The notes: generated from the sequence alone by a model not told the origin. Positions 27,691 to 37,860 are shown, numbered from the stretch's first letter. The stretch is DNA of 64,000 bases from an uncultured delta proteobacterium (GCA_963769935.1 CAVYNY010000010.1:64001-128000); one strand, 5' to 3'. Translations and numbers: made by a program.

Positions 27691-27736
27691 ATTGTGTAAA
27701 AACTTTCACAATTTTTGTGGTATCAAAGTCACAAAA
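27691..27736. promoter_or_regulatory. Two tandem TTGTG-N10-CACAA palindromes (candidate enhancer-binding-protein sites)
   Basis: ATTGTG taaaaacttt CACAAT (27691-27712) and TTTTGTG gtatcaaagt CACAAAA (27713-27736). Confidence 0.7.
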
Positions 27737-27820
27737 CCGAAAACCAAACCGATCGGAATTTGAACCGCTCCAATAGGCTACCTATTGAAATTATTTGTTT
27801 TTGTTATTGTTTGTCGAAAT

Positions 27821-27836
27821 AGGCACAATTTGTGCT
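27821..27836 (+). promoter_or_regulatory. Sigma-54 (-24/-12) promoter
   Basis: aGGcacaatttgtGCt (GG-N10-GC), 100 nt upstream of the PilZ gene. Confidence 0.7.
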
Positions 27837-27935
27837 AAAGAGCATGAAAACCGGCGGCCGCCGAGGATTGACGCTAAGTTCGATGAAAGAAAAGCTAAGC
27901 CCGGCTTTCTATGAAAACCCTGAGGAAGGTGTTAA

Positions 27936-28232
27936 ATGGAGTTAAGCCCCGACCAGCGCGCAGATGCGCGTTTCCGCCATGAGGCCGCAATCATGTTTGA
28001 ACATTATCTTTCCGGCAAGTATTTTGAAGGTAAAATGTTTAATTACAGCCGGGGAGGAATGTATTTCGAATCGAATTTTGCACCCGCGATCGGCGCCGAA
28101 ATTTTTATAGGTGTCGAAAATTCCCCCTATACCTCCGGCCATGATGTTTATCGTGCCAAGGTCATCTGGCAGAAAAGATTGATGGACGCCCAGTCATTGT
28201 TTCTGCATGGCATCGGCGTCAAATATTTTTAA
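27936..28232 (+). CDS. Stand-alone PilZ domain protein (c-di-GMP receptor)
   Basis: RxxxR (RADAR), NYSRGG (D/NxSxxG) and terminal GIGVKY. Confidence 0.8.
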   Translation: MELSPDQRADARFRHEAAIMFEHYLSGKYFEGKMFNYSRGGMYFESNFAPAIGAEIFIGVENSPYTSGHDVYRAKVIWQKRLMDAQSLFLHGIGVKYF

Positions 28233-28323
28233 AGGCAAATATCGAATTTCTCGGCGTTCTCCGGCCGGAGCCCGGATCCTCTATAAGCCGGCAACGGCAA
28301 ACTCTGCGTCTAACCATCAGCTG

Positions 28324-29322
28324 TCAGCTTTTAATAGACTGGGCCAGATCATTGATCCGTTCTCTGACGGAAATAAGGTACCGGGCCATCTTGCCGCGAT
28401 GATCTGCCATAATAGAGTCATGATCGCCCCTGAGAACGATCAGCGGATCAAAGGTGCAGATTTGATTCATCTCCCTAAACGCAATGCGGATATTTTCTTC
28501 TCCTCCCTTTTCTTTAATCTCGGGGAAAAGATGAACAAAGGCGCGCAGCACATCTCTTAAGACCAGGATGACGCCCTGAGTGTAATAAATTCGATCGTCC
28601 AGATCGGTATAGGCCACCTCATCATTGGACTGCACCAGCAATCCCAGCGGCTGGTCCAGAAACTGCGTGCTGATGATATAGGCCAGCATGTTGTACATAT
28701 CGTCCGTACGCATGTTAAAAATTGCCTTGCCCTTCAGCAGATCGGATTCGTATTTTTTCAGCCGGGCGATGCCCTTTTTATATTGATTTTCACTTGATGG
28801 AAACCACCAGCTGTCGGCCGTAAAGGCGAAATACTCTTCCCGCGCTTCTTTTAACTGCTGGTTTTCAGCATCCACTTTACCGTATTTGGCTAGGTTGGTT
28901 GAAAAAAAATTCACCATCATACGGGTGGCAAAGATAACCCCCAGTTGTCGGTTGGCGCGGTTGTCAAGCCAGCGGGTCGGCGAAATGATCAGGTCATTGA
29001 CGGACCAGCCGAAGGTTGAGTTCATCTCGTTTTCAAGCTGGTTTCTCAAGGCCGCTGACAGGGCGGCGCCTTTTTGCCGCTGATCGGAATCCGGTGTGGT
29101 TTTTTGCATTAAGGCGATTATGTTTTGATCCAGTTCGGGGAAACGCGTCGGATCGATAATGGTGTAGACTTTATATACCGTCCAGTAAAGTCCGGCCGAA
29201 AGGGGCCAGATCAAAATAAAAGCCAGCATGATTAAGACCGCCCATTTGCCGAACTTCGTCATTTTAGGAATCAGGGATTTTTTTTCAGGTTTATTTTCCA
29301 TTATATTTGTTGTCCTCATCAC
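28324..29322 (-). CDS. DUF2333 family protein
   Basis: N-terminal TM; W.DN..N.QLG, SWWFPSSE..Y..G, DD..Y..QG and P.IVL.G. Confidence 0.75.
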   Translation of the reverse strand: MMRTTNIMENKPEKKSLIPKMTKFGKWAVLIMLAFILIWPLSAGLYWTVYKVYTIIDPTRFPELDQNIIALMQKTTPDSDQRQKGAALSAALRNQLENEMNSTFGWSVNDLIISPTRWLDNRANRQLGVIFATRMMVNFFSTNLAKYGKVDAENQQLKEAREEYFAFTADSWWFPSSENQYKKGIARLKKYESDLLKGKAIFNMRTDDMYNMLAYIISTQFLDQPLGLLVQSNDEVAYTDLDDRIYYTQGVILVLRDVLRAFVHLFPEIKEKGGEENIRIAFREMNQICTFDPLIVLRGDHDSIMADHRGKMARYLISVRERINDLAQSIKS

Positions 29323-29361
29323 GGTTTGGCTTTGCTGAGCAGCAGGCCGGAAATCGCAGCC

Positions 29362-29390
29362 ATACTAAACAGTGCCATGTCTGGTGTCAA
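29362..29390 (-). promoter_or_regulatory. Sigma-70 promoter for the DUF2333 gene
   Basis: TTGACA-N17-TAGTAT on the minus strand. Confidence 0.65.
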
Positions 29391-29533
29391 AAATCAACAC
29401 CCCTTCCAATTCTCTTGACACTTGCGGCAACCGTGTTACTAATATATTTTTTTAAAAAATGCTGAAAGAAGAACCATGCCGGCAACCAACGGCACCCATT
29501 GTTATGCCACCTGTTAATTAGAGGAGATATGTC

Positions 29534-30010
29534 ATGTCTAAACATAAAACATGTGCCTCCGCTGCAGCGGCACCGTTAATTGCAGGTCTATCTATCTTGT
29601 TGACAACCGTGTTTTTCGTCGGGTGTGGTTCCGTCACATACGGCCGCCTTGAAAACGACCCGGAGATCACACAAGTGTTTAAAAACAGCCAAATTTTATC
29701 AAACTATCAGTATTATATCAGCGGTTTTCAAAGAGTCCCCTATGCCATTATCGCGATCGACGGCAATTATCACCTTCGTTCCGGTAACTGGCAAGCCCTT
29801 GATATGGATTCATCCACCCTGAATCAAATCGTTTTCCGAATGGATCAGGTCTACAGCCTCACCCCCAGAGGGGCATGGATAGTGGATGATAAAGGCCATC
29901 GACTGGGGGTCTGGTATTCATCCCAGTATCAGACGACGGTGCAACGGGAAAAAGACAACCAGATTGTGGTGGTGAGCCCCGAACCGCCTGATTTAAGAGG
30001 AGTTCCCTGA
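29534..30010 (+). CDS. Hypothetical lipoprotein
   Basis: SD GAGGAG; lipobox FVGC; Y.YY.SG...PYAII.I and GA.I.D..G..LGVWYS. Confidence 0.75.
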   Translation: MSKHKTCASAAAAPLIAGLSILLTTVFFVGCGSVTYGRLENDPEITQVFKNSQILSNYQYYISGFQRVPYAIIAIDGNYHLRSGNWQALDMDSSTLNQIVFRMDQVYSLTPRGAWIVDDKGHRLGVWYSSQYQTTVQREKDNQIVVVSPEPPDLRGVP

Positions 30011-30119
30011 TTAATCCGCCCTGAAAAACAGCATATTCAAGGTACTGAATGATGCTTTGAATATTGAAGCAAGACGTTCGACTGAAGGTCCGGCGGATTA
30101 ATTACTTTATGCTGCGCAT
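30011..30119 (+). repeat. Copy 2 of the dispersed structured element
   Basis: Perfect 10-bp inverted ends TTAATCCGCC / GGCGGATTAA, internal hairpin ATATTCAAGG / CTTTGAATAT, tail shared with 7765-7797. Confidence 0.7.
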
Positions 30120-30179
30120 TATTATCTTTTTTTACTTCAAATCAGCCGAATGAAAATAAAGAGATATGAAAGGAGGAAT

Positions 30180-30578
30180 ATGTTTAAACAAAAAACGGTC
30201 TTACCCGCGCTGTTGATCACCTGGCTGATGACAGGCTGTGTTGCCTTGATTGTGGGAGCCGGTGTCGGCGCAGGCACGTATACCTACGTCAGTGGAGAGC
30301 TTAAAAGGTCGTACCAGGCCAAATTTGACAAAACACTGCAGGTATGCATCGATATTTTAAACGGTTTAAATCAGCCGATCCTGGAAAAAGTCACCGACGG
30401 TGAGAAAACGACGATAAAATCCGAGCGAAAGGACGGCACACCGCAGACAATCGAAGTCTCAATTCTCAGCCAGGACTGGACCCAGGTGTCGGTTAGAACC
30501 GGTGTGTTAGGATACTGGGACAAGGCCATCTCGCAGCAGTTTCATGAATTTATTGCCGAAAGGCTTAAGAAAGAATAA
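30180..30578 (+). CDS. DUF3568 family lipoprotein
   Basis: SD AGGAGG; LMTGC lipobox, Gly-rich GAGVGAG, Y..GEL and V.VR.G..G.WD. Confidence 0.8.
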   Translation: MFKQKTVLPALLITWLMTGCVALIVGAGVGAGTYTYVSGELKRSYQAKFDKTLQVCIDILNGLNQPILEKVTDGEKTTIKSERKDGTPQTIEVSILSQDWTQVSVRTGVLGYWDKAISQQFHEFIAERLKKE

Positions 30579-30581
30579 GGT

Positions 30582-31760
30582 TCAATTTTTTAACCGCCGG
30601 GCAAAAGGCAGTTCATAGTTGAGCTTATCGATCTGCACCTGTTCCAGTTGATTTATTTCGTCAATGTGGGTCTGCATGATGCCTGCCAAACGGGCATCAT
30701 AGAAACGATGGAGGCTGTAACTGGGCACGGCCGCAAAGCCCCGCCGTATTTTGTGCACTCCGCCGGCACCCGGGTCGAAACGACGAACCCCATTGGCGAT
30801 AGCCCATTCAATCGGTGCGTAATAACAGGCATTAAAATGAAGTGAATTAACCGGCCGGGAACAGCCCCAGTATCGGCCGTACAACTGGTCCCCCTTTTTC
30901 ACCAGCAAGGCCATTGCCAGAGGTGTTGCCGGATCATTTTTGTCAAAAGCGGCTACCAGAATCAACCGGCCGCGATAATGATGGTACAATCCGTCAAAAA
31001 AGGCAGGTGTAAGATACCTGCATCCCCAGGGACCGAATTTATCATTGGTAGTCTCATAGAAGCCATACATGAGGGGAAAAAACTGGCGGGGAATCTCCTC
31101 GCCTTTGAATATTTTCAGAGATATGCTCTGATTCTCCAGCGCCTGGCGCTCCCGTTTGATGTTGTGCCGCTGGTTGGAATTAAAAACCGCCAGATAATCA
31201 TCAAAGGTTTGATATCCTTGATTCTGCCAGGCGTAACTCTGGTGACGCCAGCCGAAATAGCCATGCTTGAGCATCCCAAGCCGCCATTGATGGTCGGCAA
31301 AAAGAAAGCTGCTGCCCGACATTCCAAAACGGCGGCACAATTGATCGATCTCAGCCACCATGAGTGCCGTCATTCGCGCCTCATCTTCCCCGGCGGCAAT
31401 TAAAAAGCGATATCCGCTCATGGGCGTAAACGGGCTCATTCCGATCAATTTGGGATAATATTGAATTCCCAAACGGGCGGCGACATCGGCCCAGACGTGG
31501 TCAAAAACAAACTCTCCGGCACTGTGCGCTTTGATGTACAGGGGAGCCGCTGCCGCCAATCCCCTGGAAGACCATACTGCCAGATGATGAGGCAGCCAGC
31601 CAGTTTTAGCTGTGGTACTGCCTGATATTTCCATCAGTCGCAGCCAATCCCATTCGAGAAAAGGTGTGGCCAAAGGTCCGGCCAACGCATTCCAGGCCGT
31701 CCGGTCGATATCGGAAATGTTGCTCACCCAGGATAGGGAATATGTTTGTTTTTTAGACAT
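30582..31760 (-). CDS. GNAT family N-acetyltransferase (FemAB-like, DUF482)
   Basis: HSAGEFVFD..WA, YYPKL..M.PFTP, YGRYWG, LHFN.CYY, GA.G.HK.RRGF. Confidence 0.9.
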   Translation of the reverse strand: MSKKQTYSLSWVSNISDIDRTAWNALAGPLATPFLEWDWLRLMEISGSTTAKTGWLPHHLAVWSSRGLAAAAPLYIKAHSAGEFVFDHVWADVAARLGIQYYPKLIGMSPFTPMSGYRFLIAAGEDEARMTALMVAEIDQLCRRFGMSGSSFLFADHQWRLGMLKHGYFGWRHQSYAWQNQGYQTFDDYLAVFNSNQRHNIKRERQALENQSISLKIFKGEEIPRQFFPLMYGFYETTNDKFGPWGCRYLTPAFFDGLYHHYRGRLILVAAFDKNDPATPLAMALLVKKGDQLYGRYWGCSRPVNSLHFNACYYAPIEWAIANGVRRFDPGAGGVHKIRRGFAAVPSYSLHRFYDARLAGIMQTHIDEINQLEQVQIDKLNYELPFARRLKN

Positions 31761-31940
31761 AATTGGAACACATTTAACCTCTGAACTTTGAACGGTTGTC
31801 AAAACTTAAGTCTGATTTTAGACTCTGTCATCTTTTTTTGATACGTTTGCGTCAAGTCCACCAATTCCTTGACAATTAACGCCAGATAAATGATATTAGG
31901 AAATTAAACTTTTTAATTCATAATAAGAGGGGAAATCACA

Positions 31941-32186
31941 ATGCCGCTATATGAATTCAGATGCCTGCAATGCAATGAGTGCTTCGAAATTTTGGTGATG
32001 AATCAGGAGGAGCAGGTAGAGCTCCGATGTCCCAAGTGCAAGTCCGAGGAGTTTGAAAGGGTTTTGAGTGTTGCTTGCCATTCCATGGGCGGCGACGCTT
32101 CTAAGAGCGGGGGGGCTCAATCGCAAACCCGCACCTGCCCGGGCGGTACCTGTACAACCTATGACATTCCCGGTCACAGCCGGTAA
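31941..32186 (+). CDS. FmdB-family zinc ribbon protein
   Basis: MPLYEFRC..C...FE.L...CPKC.S. Confidence 0.9.
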   Translation: MPLYEFRCLQCNECFEILVMNQEEQVELRCPKCKSEEFERVLSVACHSMGGDASKSGGAQSQTRTCPGGTCTTYDIPGHSR

Positions 32187-32241
32187 TTATTGAACTTTTT
32201 CAATATTTAATTGTCAATTCAAGCAGGGGTGCGGATCTCCA

Positions 32242-32922
32242 ATGAAGCAAGTTCATGTTCAAGAAAAACAGCAATTCAAGAACCTGTTTAAACAGGAACA
32301 CATTGACAGTTTTGAGGATCGATTCAAGGTATTGGAAGCTTTTCTGCAGACGGAAAAGCATGTTACGGTCAACGAACTGGCCGAGTTGCTCAAAGACAGC
32401 GGGTGGGACCTGGAACCCGAATTTGTCAGAGAAACGCTGAAACTAATGTGCCGTTTCGGTTTTGCCAACAAGAGCCGGTTCGACAATGGCGAGCTTCGAT
32501 ACGAACATCGCCACCTGGGGCAACACCATGATCACATGATCTGCACGAAATGCAGAAATATTCTGGAATTTGAGGATGCGCAAATTGAACAGCTGCAAAT
32601 CAAAATTGCCGCGGACCATGGATTCCACATGCTGCAGCACAAACTGGAAATTTACGGCATTTGCAATAACTGTCTTAAAGAGCGAATTAAAATGATGCCG
32701 CTCACCCAGGCCAAACCGGGTGAGCGCCTTGTAATCAGGGAAATTTACGGGGGCGCCGGGGTGACGATGCGACTGCTGACCATGGGTTTGCGCCGGGATG
32801 ATAAAATTGAGGTGATTACCAACAATGGCCAGGGACAGCTGGCCATAGCGGCGGATCTAAAACGTTATGTGCTGGGACGCGGCCTGGCCGAGAAAATAAT
32901 GGTTGAACTGGCGGATGGGTAA
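32242..32922 (+). CDS. Fur-family regulator fused to a C-terminal FeoA domain
   Basis: HHDHMICTKC...IYGICNNC followed by FeoA (MPL...G...I..I.GG....RL..MGL...LGRG.A.KI.V). Confidence 0.88.
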   Translation: MKQVHVQEKQQFKNLFKQEHIDSFEDRFKVLEAFLQTEKHVTVNELAELLKDSGWDLEPEFVRETLKLMCRFGFANKSRFDNGELRYEHRHLGQHHDHMICTKCRNILEFEDAQIEQLQIKIAADHGFHMLQHKLEIYGICNNCLKERIKMMPLTQAKPGERLVIREIYGGAGVTMRLLTMGLRRDDKIEVITNNGQGQLAIAADLKRYVLGRGLAEKIMVELADG

Positions 32923-32931
32923 TATAAAATC

Positions 32932-33484
32932 ATGGCCTCTTTTGAACCATCATATATCGGGACCTTTGAGACGGGATTGCTCAAAGAAAAAATAAATCAA
33001 GCTTACGACCAAATAAAACCCTGTGTCCTTTGCCCCAGACAATGCGGCGTTGATCGACTTTCCGGCGAGACAGGCATCTGCAACACCGGACTTTAAGTTC
33101 TGGGATCCTCAGATTGCCGCACACGCCTGCCGGGCGCCTGATTATCCGGAGGTGGCCCGCAGGGCTTTGCTGGAGATGCACCGGCAGGTGGGTGATCTGC
33201 TGCTCGATGAGGCCGGCTTAGCCAGGCGCGGTCTGGTGATACGACATCTGGTGCTGCCGGACGGGCTGGCGGGAACCCGGGAAATCATGAGATTCATTGC
33301 ACAACGTTTGTCACGCGACAGCTATGTCAACATTATGTCGCAGTATCGGCCCTGCGGCCGAGCGGCGGAGGTCAAGGGACTGAATTCGCAGCTGGCCGCA
33401 AAAGAATATCAACTGGCCGTTCAGGCCGCCGAAGAGGAAGGCATCACCCGGCTGGATCGGCCCCGGCTATTGTTTTTTCGATGA
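32932..33484 (+). pseudogene. PflX-like radical SAM gene with an internal deletion
   Basis: 54-aa N-terminal part (CVLCPRQCGVDR.SGE.G.C.TG, stop at 33096) joined out of frame to a C-terminal part (PDFKFWD..., RHLVLP, YVNIM.QYRP); the CxxxCxxC core is absent. Confidence 0.85.
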
Positions 33485-33509
33485 AAGATCCAACACCTTA
33501 ACGAATAAC

Positions 33510-34157
33510 ATGACCAATATTATGGGCAAAATATTTGCTGTCGGCGACATCCATGGTTCCTTTGATCGATTGCAGGAGCTGATGAAAAAAATACCAATCG
33601 ATTTCGCACACGACACTCTGGTTTTCATAGGCGACTACATTGACCGGGGCCCGGCTTCGGTTGAAGTCGTTGATTACCTGATAGGTTTAAAAAATCGGGT
33701 CCCGGAGACTATATTTTTAAAAGGCAATCATGAAGACATGCTCGAAAAATACCTGGATGGGACCGACCGTTTCACCTATCTGCTAAACGGCGGACAGAAT
33801 ACACTGGACAGCTATCTAAGCAGAAACCTGCAATCGGAATTATATCCGATCCCCTCCAATCATATGGAGTTCTTCAAGACGTTGCGACTCTATTATGAAA
33901 CCGAGGCCTATATTTTTGTCCACGCCGGCCTGCGGCCCAAGGTGCCTCTGGCGTCCCAGGAAACCGAGGACCTGCTGTGGATCCGGGATAAGTTTATCTA
34001 CAGTAAATATGATTTCGGTAAAACGGTAGTTTTCGGCCACACGCCGCTGGAAAAGCCGTTGGTGGAATCCAATAAAATCGGTATCGATACCGGCGCGGTT
34101 TACGGCAATGCCCTGACCTGTATCCAACTGCCGGAGCTTATTTTTTTTACCGCTTAG
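33510..34157 (+). CDS. Metallophosphoesterase (PPP-like Ser/Thr phosphatase family)
   Basis: GDIHG, GDYIDRG, GNHE, HAG, GHT and IDTG. Confidence 0.92.
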   Translation: MTNIMGKIFAVGDIHGSFDRLQELMKKIPIDFAHDTLVFIGDYIDRGPASVEVVDYLIGLKNRVPETIFLKGNHEDMLEKYLDGTDRFTYLLNGGQNTLDSYLSRNLQSELYPIPSNHMEFFKTLRLYYETEAYIFVHAGLRPKVPLASQETEDLLWIRDKFIYSKYDFGKTVVFGHTPLEKPLVESNKIGIDTGAVYGNALTCIQLPELIFFTA

Positions 34158-34160
34158 GAA

Positions 34161-34610
34161 ATGGGAAAATATATCATCATGAAACGCCATTCATTGCTGC
34201 TCATCTTTTTATTTCTAATCGGCGCCGGAAATGCGATGGCCGAACGTTTAGCCGTTATTGCACCGACGGCCAATATCCGTTCCGGACCCGGCACCCAATA
34301 CGATGTTTTGTGGCAGGCGGAAAAATACTATCCTATTTTGGTGATCGAAAAGTCTGATCCATGGTATCAATTTAAGGATTTCGAGGGTGACACCGGCTGG
34401 GTACATAAATCACTGGTCGGGAACGTTGAGACGGTCATCACAAAAGGGGATCTCTGCAACATTCGCTCCGGCCCGGGGACCGGTGATAAAATCCTGTTTA
34501 CCGTGGAAAAGGGAATTCCGTTTAAGGTCCTTGAGCACAAGCAGAACTGGCTGCATATCGAACACGCCGACGGAGACCAGGGTTGGATCCACGATTCCCT
34601 GGTCTGGTGA
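34161..34610 (+). CDS. Secreted tandem SH3 domain protein
   Basis: Signal peptide and two NIRSGPG...GW(V/I)H.SL repeats. Confidence 0.9.
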   Translation: MGKYIIMKRHSLLLIFLFLIGAGNAMAERLAVIAPTANIRSGPGTQYDVLWQAEKYYPILVIEKSDPWYQFKDFEGDTGWVHKSLVGNVETVITKGDLCNIRSGPGTGDKILFTVEKGIPFKVLEHKQNWLHIEHADGDQGWIHDSLVW

Positions 34611-34618
34611 TATCGCCG

Positions 34619-35635
34619 ATGACATCCGTAGAATTGAATAATAATTTCAAATACATAAAAAACAATCGCCGGCTGGTGGTCGGAATTGGCTCCGCATTGG
34701 TTGACATTCTTACTCACGCAGACGATAATTTTTTAGCAAAAACAGGCGCAGCCAAAGGCGGCATGACGCTGGTGGCAAAGGAGGACATCGAGCGCACCCT
34801 GGCGCTATCTTCGGGCACCTACAGCATTGTCCCCGGAGGGTCCGCATGCAACACCGTCGTTGGCATCGGAAAACTGGGCGGAAAGGCCCGATTTGTGGGC
34901 AAATGCGGCAATGGCGACATGGGAAATTTGATTGAAAATGAACTCAGAAGGCAAAATGTCGAACCTGCCCTATTTCGATCCGATTCACCCACCGGTCGCG
35001 TTTTGTCGATTATCACGCCGGATGCCCAGCGAACCATGTTCACCTATCTCGGTGCATCGGCGGAAACCCGCCCGGAAGAAATTTCCATAAATTGTTTTGA
35101 AAATGCCGCCATCGTACACGTCGAGGGGTATCTGCTGTTTAATCCGGATTTGATTGAAGCTGCCCTGCACAGCGCCAAAGAGGCCGGTGCCAGAATATCA
35201 TTAGATCTTGCCAGCTTTACGGTGGTTGAAGAATCAAAGGAGTTGCTTGCGCATCTGGTCGAGACCTACGTGGATATTCTAATTGCCAATGAAGATGAAG
35301 CCGAAGCCTTTTGCGGCTGCAGAGATGAACGTCTTGCCCTTGTGGCGCTTTCCCGCAACGCTGAAATTGCCGTTCTTAAAGTCGGTGCCCGCGGCAGCTA
35401 TATATCTCACGGCGGAAGTATTATTACTGTCAATCCTATGGGTGACGGTAATGCATTGGATACGACCGGTGCCGGTGACCTGTGGGCCGCCGGCTTTCTT
35501 TTTGGACTTGTCGAAGGATATCCGCTCGAAAAATGCGGTGAACTCGGCTCCGCCTGCGGTTATGAGGTTTGCCAGGTTATCGGCGCCAATATTCCGGAAG
35601 TCGGGTGGGACCGAATTAGGAGATTGTTGAATTGA
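34619..35635 (+). CDS. PfkB family carbohydrate/adenosine kinase
   Basis: PGGSACN, ANEDEA and DTTGAGD. Confidence 0.9.
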   Translation: MTSVELNNNFKYIKNNRRLVVGIGSALVDILTHADDNFLAKTGAAKGGMTLVAKEDIERTLALSSGTYSIVPGGSACNTVVGIGKLGGKARFVGKCGNGDMGNLIENELRRQNVEPALFRSDSPTGRVLSIITPDAQRTMFTYLGASAETRPEEISINCFENAAIVHVEGYLLFNPDLIEAALHSAKEAGARISLDLASFTVVEESKELLAHLVETYVDILIANEDEAEAFCGCRDERLALVALSRNAEIAVLKVGARGSYISHGGSIITVNPMGDGNALDTTGAGDLWAAGFLFGLVEGYPLEKCGELGSACGYEVCQVIGANIPEVGWDRIRRLLN

Positions 35636-35748
35636 GTGGGCGGAATCGATGGTGGATGCGCTCGAATACTGGTTGAATTAAATGGGTATTTTTTGAGGCA
35701 GGCATATCTGCCGCAATCCTGGAATAAACGATTTTTACTGGAGGATTC

Positions 35749-36441
35749 ATGGCCAAAAAACGCAAAAAGACCCGCAAGGAACTGTTAAAAGAACCGGATG
35801 AGTTTATTACTTTATCGAGTAAATTTCTTGGGTTTGCCGCCGAGCATAAATCTTTGATAACCTATTCGATAACAATTATTCTAGCCCTGGCGGTGATAAT
35901 TAGCGGGATTCGCTTTTTTTCTACCCGGGCTGAAAACAAGGCGGCCGCCTTGCTGGATAACAGCTTGACAAAATACGAAATTTTAAAAAATGACAAGAAA
36001 ACTCCGCAGGAGATTTATGGTGCGGTATCGCCGGATTTTCAATTGATTCTCGACAAATACGGCAGCAAAGAAAGCGGAAGAATTGCCCGCTTGACTTTTG
36101 CAAATATTTGCTACGATGCCGGCAAATATAAACAGGCCATTGATCTTTACAAAACATCGCTGGAAGATTTTAAAAAGCACCCGCTGGTTCAGGATCAGAT
36201 CGTTGGCAGCCTCGGATATGCCTGGGAAGAGTTAAAAGATTATGCAACGGCGGCCGGCTATTTTGAGAAACTCACTATCGCACCGGAGCCGGTTATGCGA
36301 GCCGAAGCCCTTTACCATCTAGGCTGGCTATATGCTAAATTAGGACAAACCGAAAAAAGCCGGGCGGCATATACTAAAATACTTTCCGAGCATCCGGATT
36401 TTATTTACCTCGACCTTGTCAAGGAACGTCTGGCCGGCTAA
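35749..36441 (+). CDS. YfgM-like membrane-anchored TPR protein
   Basis: RKELLKEPDEF N-terminus, one TM, TPR repeats. Confidence 0.8.
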   Translation: MAKKRKKTRKELLKEPDEFITLSSKFLGFAAEHKSLITYSITIILALAVIISGIRFFSTRAENKAAALLDNSLTKYEILKNDKKTPQEIYGAVSPDFQLILDKYGSKESGRIARLTFANICYDAGKYKQAIDLYKTSLEDFKKHPLVQDQIVGSLGYAWEELKDYATAAGYFEKLTIAPEPVMRAEALYHLGWLYAKLGQTEKSRAAYTKILSEHPDFIYLDLVKERLAG

Positions 36442-37820
36442 TTTTTAGTCCCGATGTCCAGATCGTATTTTTTTATTTTTTGATTCAGGCCGCTTTTGCC
36501 GATCCCCAGTATGGCAGCCGCATGGGCCTGGACATTGTCGGCCATTTTTAAGGCCCTTTCGATCATCGCCTTTTCAATCATGGCCAGGGTTTCGTACAGT
36601 TGGGCGTTTGTTGGAATGCCCTCCAGATGCAGGTCATTGTGTACATTATCCTTGAAGCCCCGGGGCAGATCCGATACCCGGACGACATCGCCGGGGCATA
36701 AAATCATGACTCTTTCAATTAAATTTTCAAGTTCCCGGACATTGCCGGGCCAACTGTAATCAAAGAACAGGCGATCGACTTCCTGGTCAACGCCTTTTAC
36801 CGGCAGTGCCAATTTGCGTTCGGATTCGTATTTTTTGATGAAGTGATCAACCAGGAGACGAATATCTTCTCGGCGCTCTCTCAGCGGCGGTAAAACAATA
36901 TGGACCACATCCAACCGGTAGAAGAGGTCGTCGCGGAAATGCCCGCTGATCATCTCCTCTTTTAGGATTTTGTTGGTAGCTGCAATAACCCTGATATCTA
37001 CGGCAATAGGTCTGATACCGCCAACCCGCTCAATCACTTTTTCCTGCAGGACGCGCAGCAGTTTCACCTGGAGGTTGGCCGACAACTCTCCGATTTCATC
37101 CAGAAACAGGGTGCCGCCATCGGCCAACTCGAAGCGTCCTTTCTTCATGGCCACCGCTCCGGTAAAAGAGCCTTTTTCGTGGCCGAACAGCTCGCTTTCC
37201 AGCAAATTCTCAGCCAGGGCCGAACAATTCACGGCCACAAAGGCTTTATCATGTCGCGAGCTGTTGAAATGGATGGATTTGGCCGCCAGCTCTTTTCCGG
37301 TCCCGCTCTCGCCCTCGATCAGCACGGTCGCATTTGACGGCGCAACTTTTTGGATCAATTTAAAAACATCCTGCATCGGTTTGCTCTTGGCGATGAAATT
37401 GCCGAAGCGGTACTGGGATTCAACCGCATCGCGCAAACGCCGATTCTCTTTGACCACCTGATACATGGCGACGGCTTTTTTCACATAAATTATCAGGCGA
37501 TCATTGTCGAAAGGCTTCAGGATATAGCTGTAAGCACCTTTTTGCATGGCCTCCACTGCTTTATCGACCGTACCGTGAGCGGTCATCATAATCAGCGGCA
37601 GGTCCGGATCAATCGCCTTGATGTTTTCCAGCAGTTCAATGCCGCTCATGCCCGGCATTTTCATGTCCGTCAAAATCAGATCCAGATCAGATGTTTTATG
37701 AATCTCAAGTGCCTCCGGCCCGCTGAGAGCGGTCAGTACTTCGTAGCCTTCATCTTCCAGCACCGCACTCAGCACGAGCAGATAATTTTTTTCATCATCA
37801 ACAATCAGAATGGTTTCCAT
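36438..37820 (-). CDS. Sigma-54-dependent response regulator (NtrC family)
   Basis: REC (DMKMPG), Walker A GESGTGKE, GSFTGA, LFLDEIG, Fis-type HTH. Confidence 0.95.
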   Translation of the reverse strand: METILIVDDEKNYLLVLSAVLEDEGYEVLTALSGPEALEIHKTSDLDLILTDMKMPGMSGIELLENIKAIDPDLPLIMMTAHGTVDKAVEAMQKGAYSYILKPFDNDRLIIYVKKAVAMYQVVKENRRLRDAVESQYRFGNFIAKSKPMQDVFKLIQKVAPSNATVLIEGESGTGKELAAKSIHFNSSRHDKAFVAVNCSALAENLLESELFGHEKGSFTGAVAMKKGRFELADGGTLFLDEIGELSANLQVKLLRVLQEKVIERVGGIRPIAVDIRVIAATNKILKEEMISGHFRDDLFYRLDVVHIVLPPLRERREDIRLLVDHFIKKYESERKLALPVKGVDQEVDRLFFDYSWPGNVRELENLIERVMILCPGDVVRVSDLPRGFKDNVHNDLHLEGIPTNAQLYETLAMIEKAMIERALKMADNVQAHAAAILGIGKSGLNQKIKKYDLDIGTKN

Positions 37821-37860
37821 TTTATGATATTCTTTTTTTTAGTCGGAAGAATTCCTTAAG

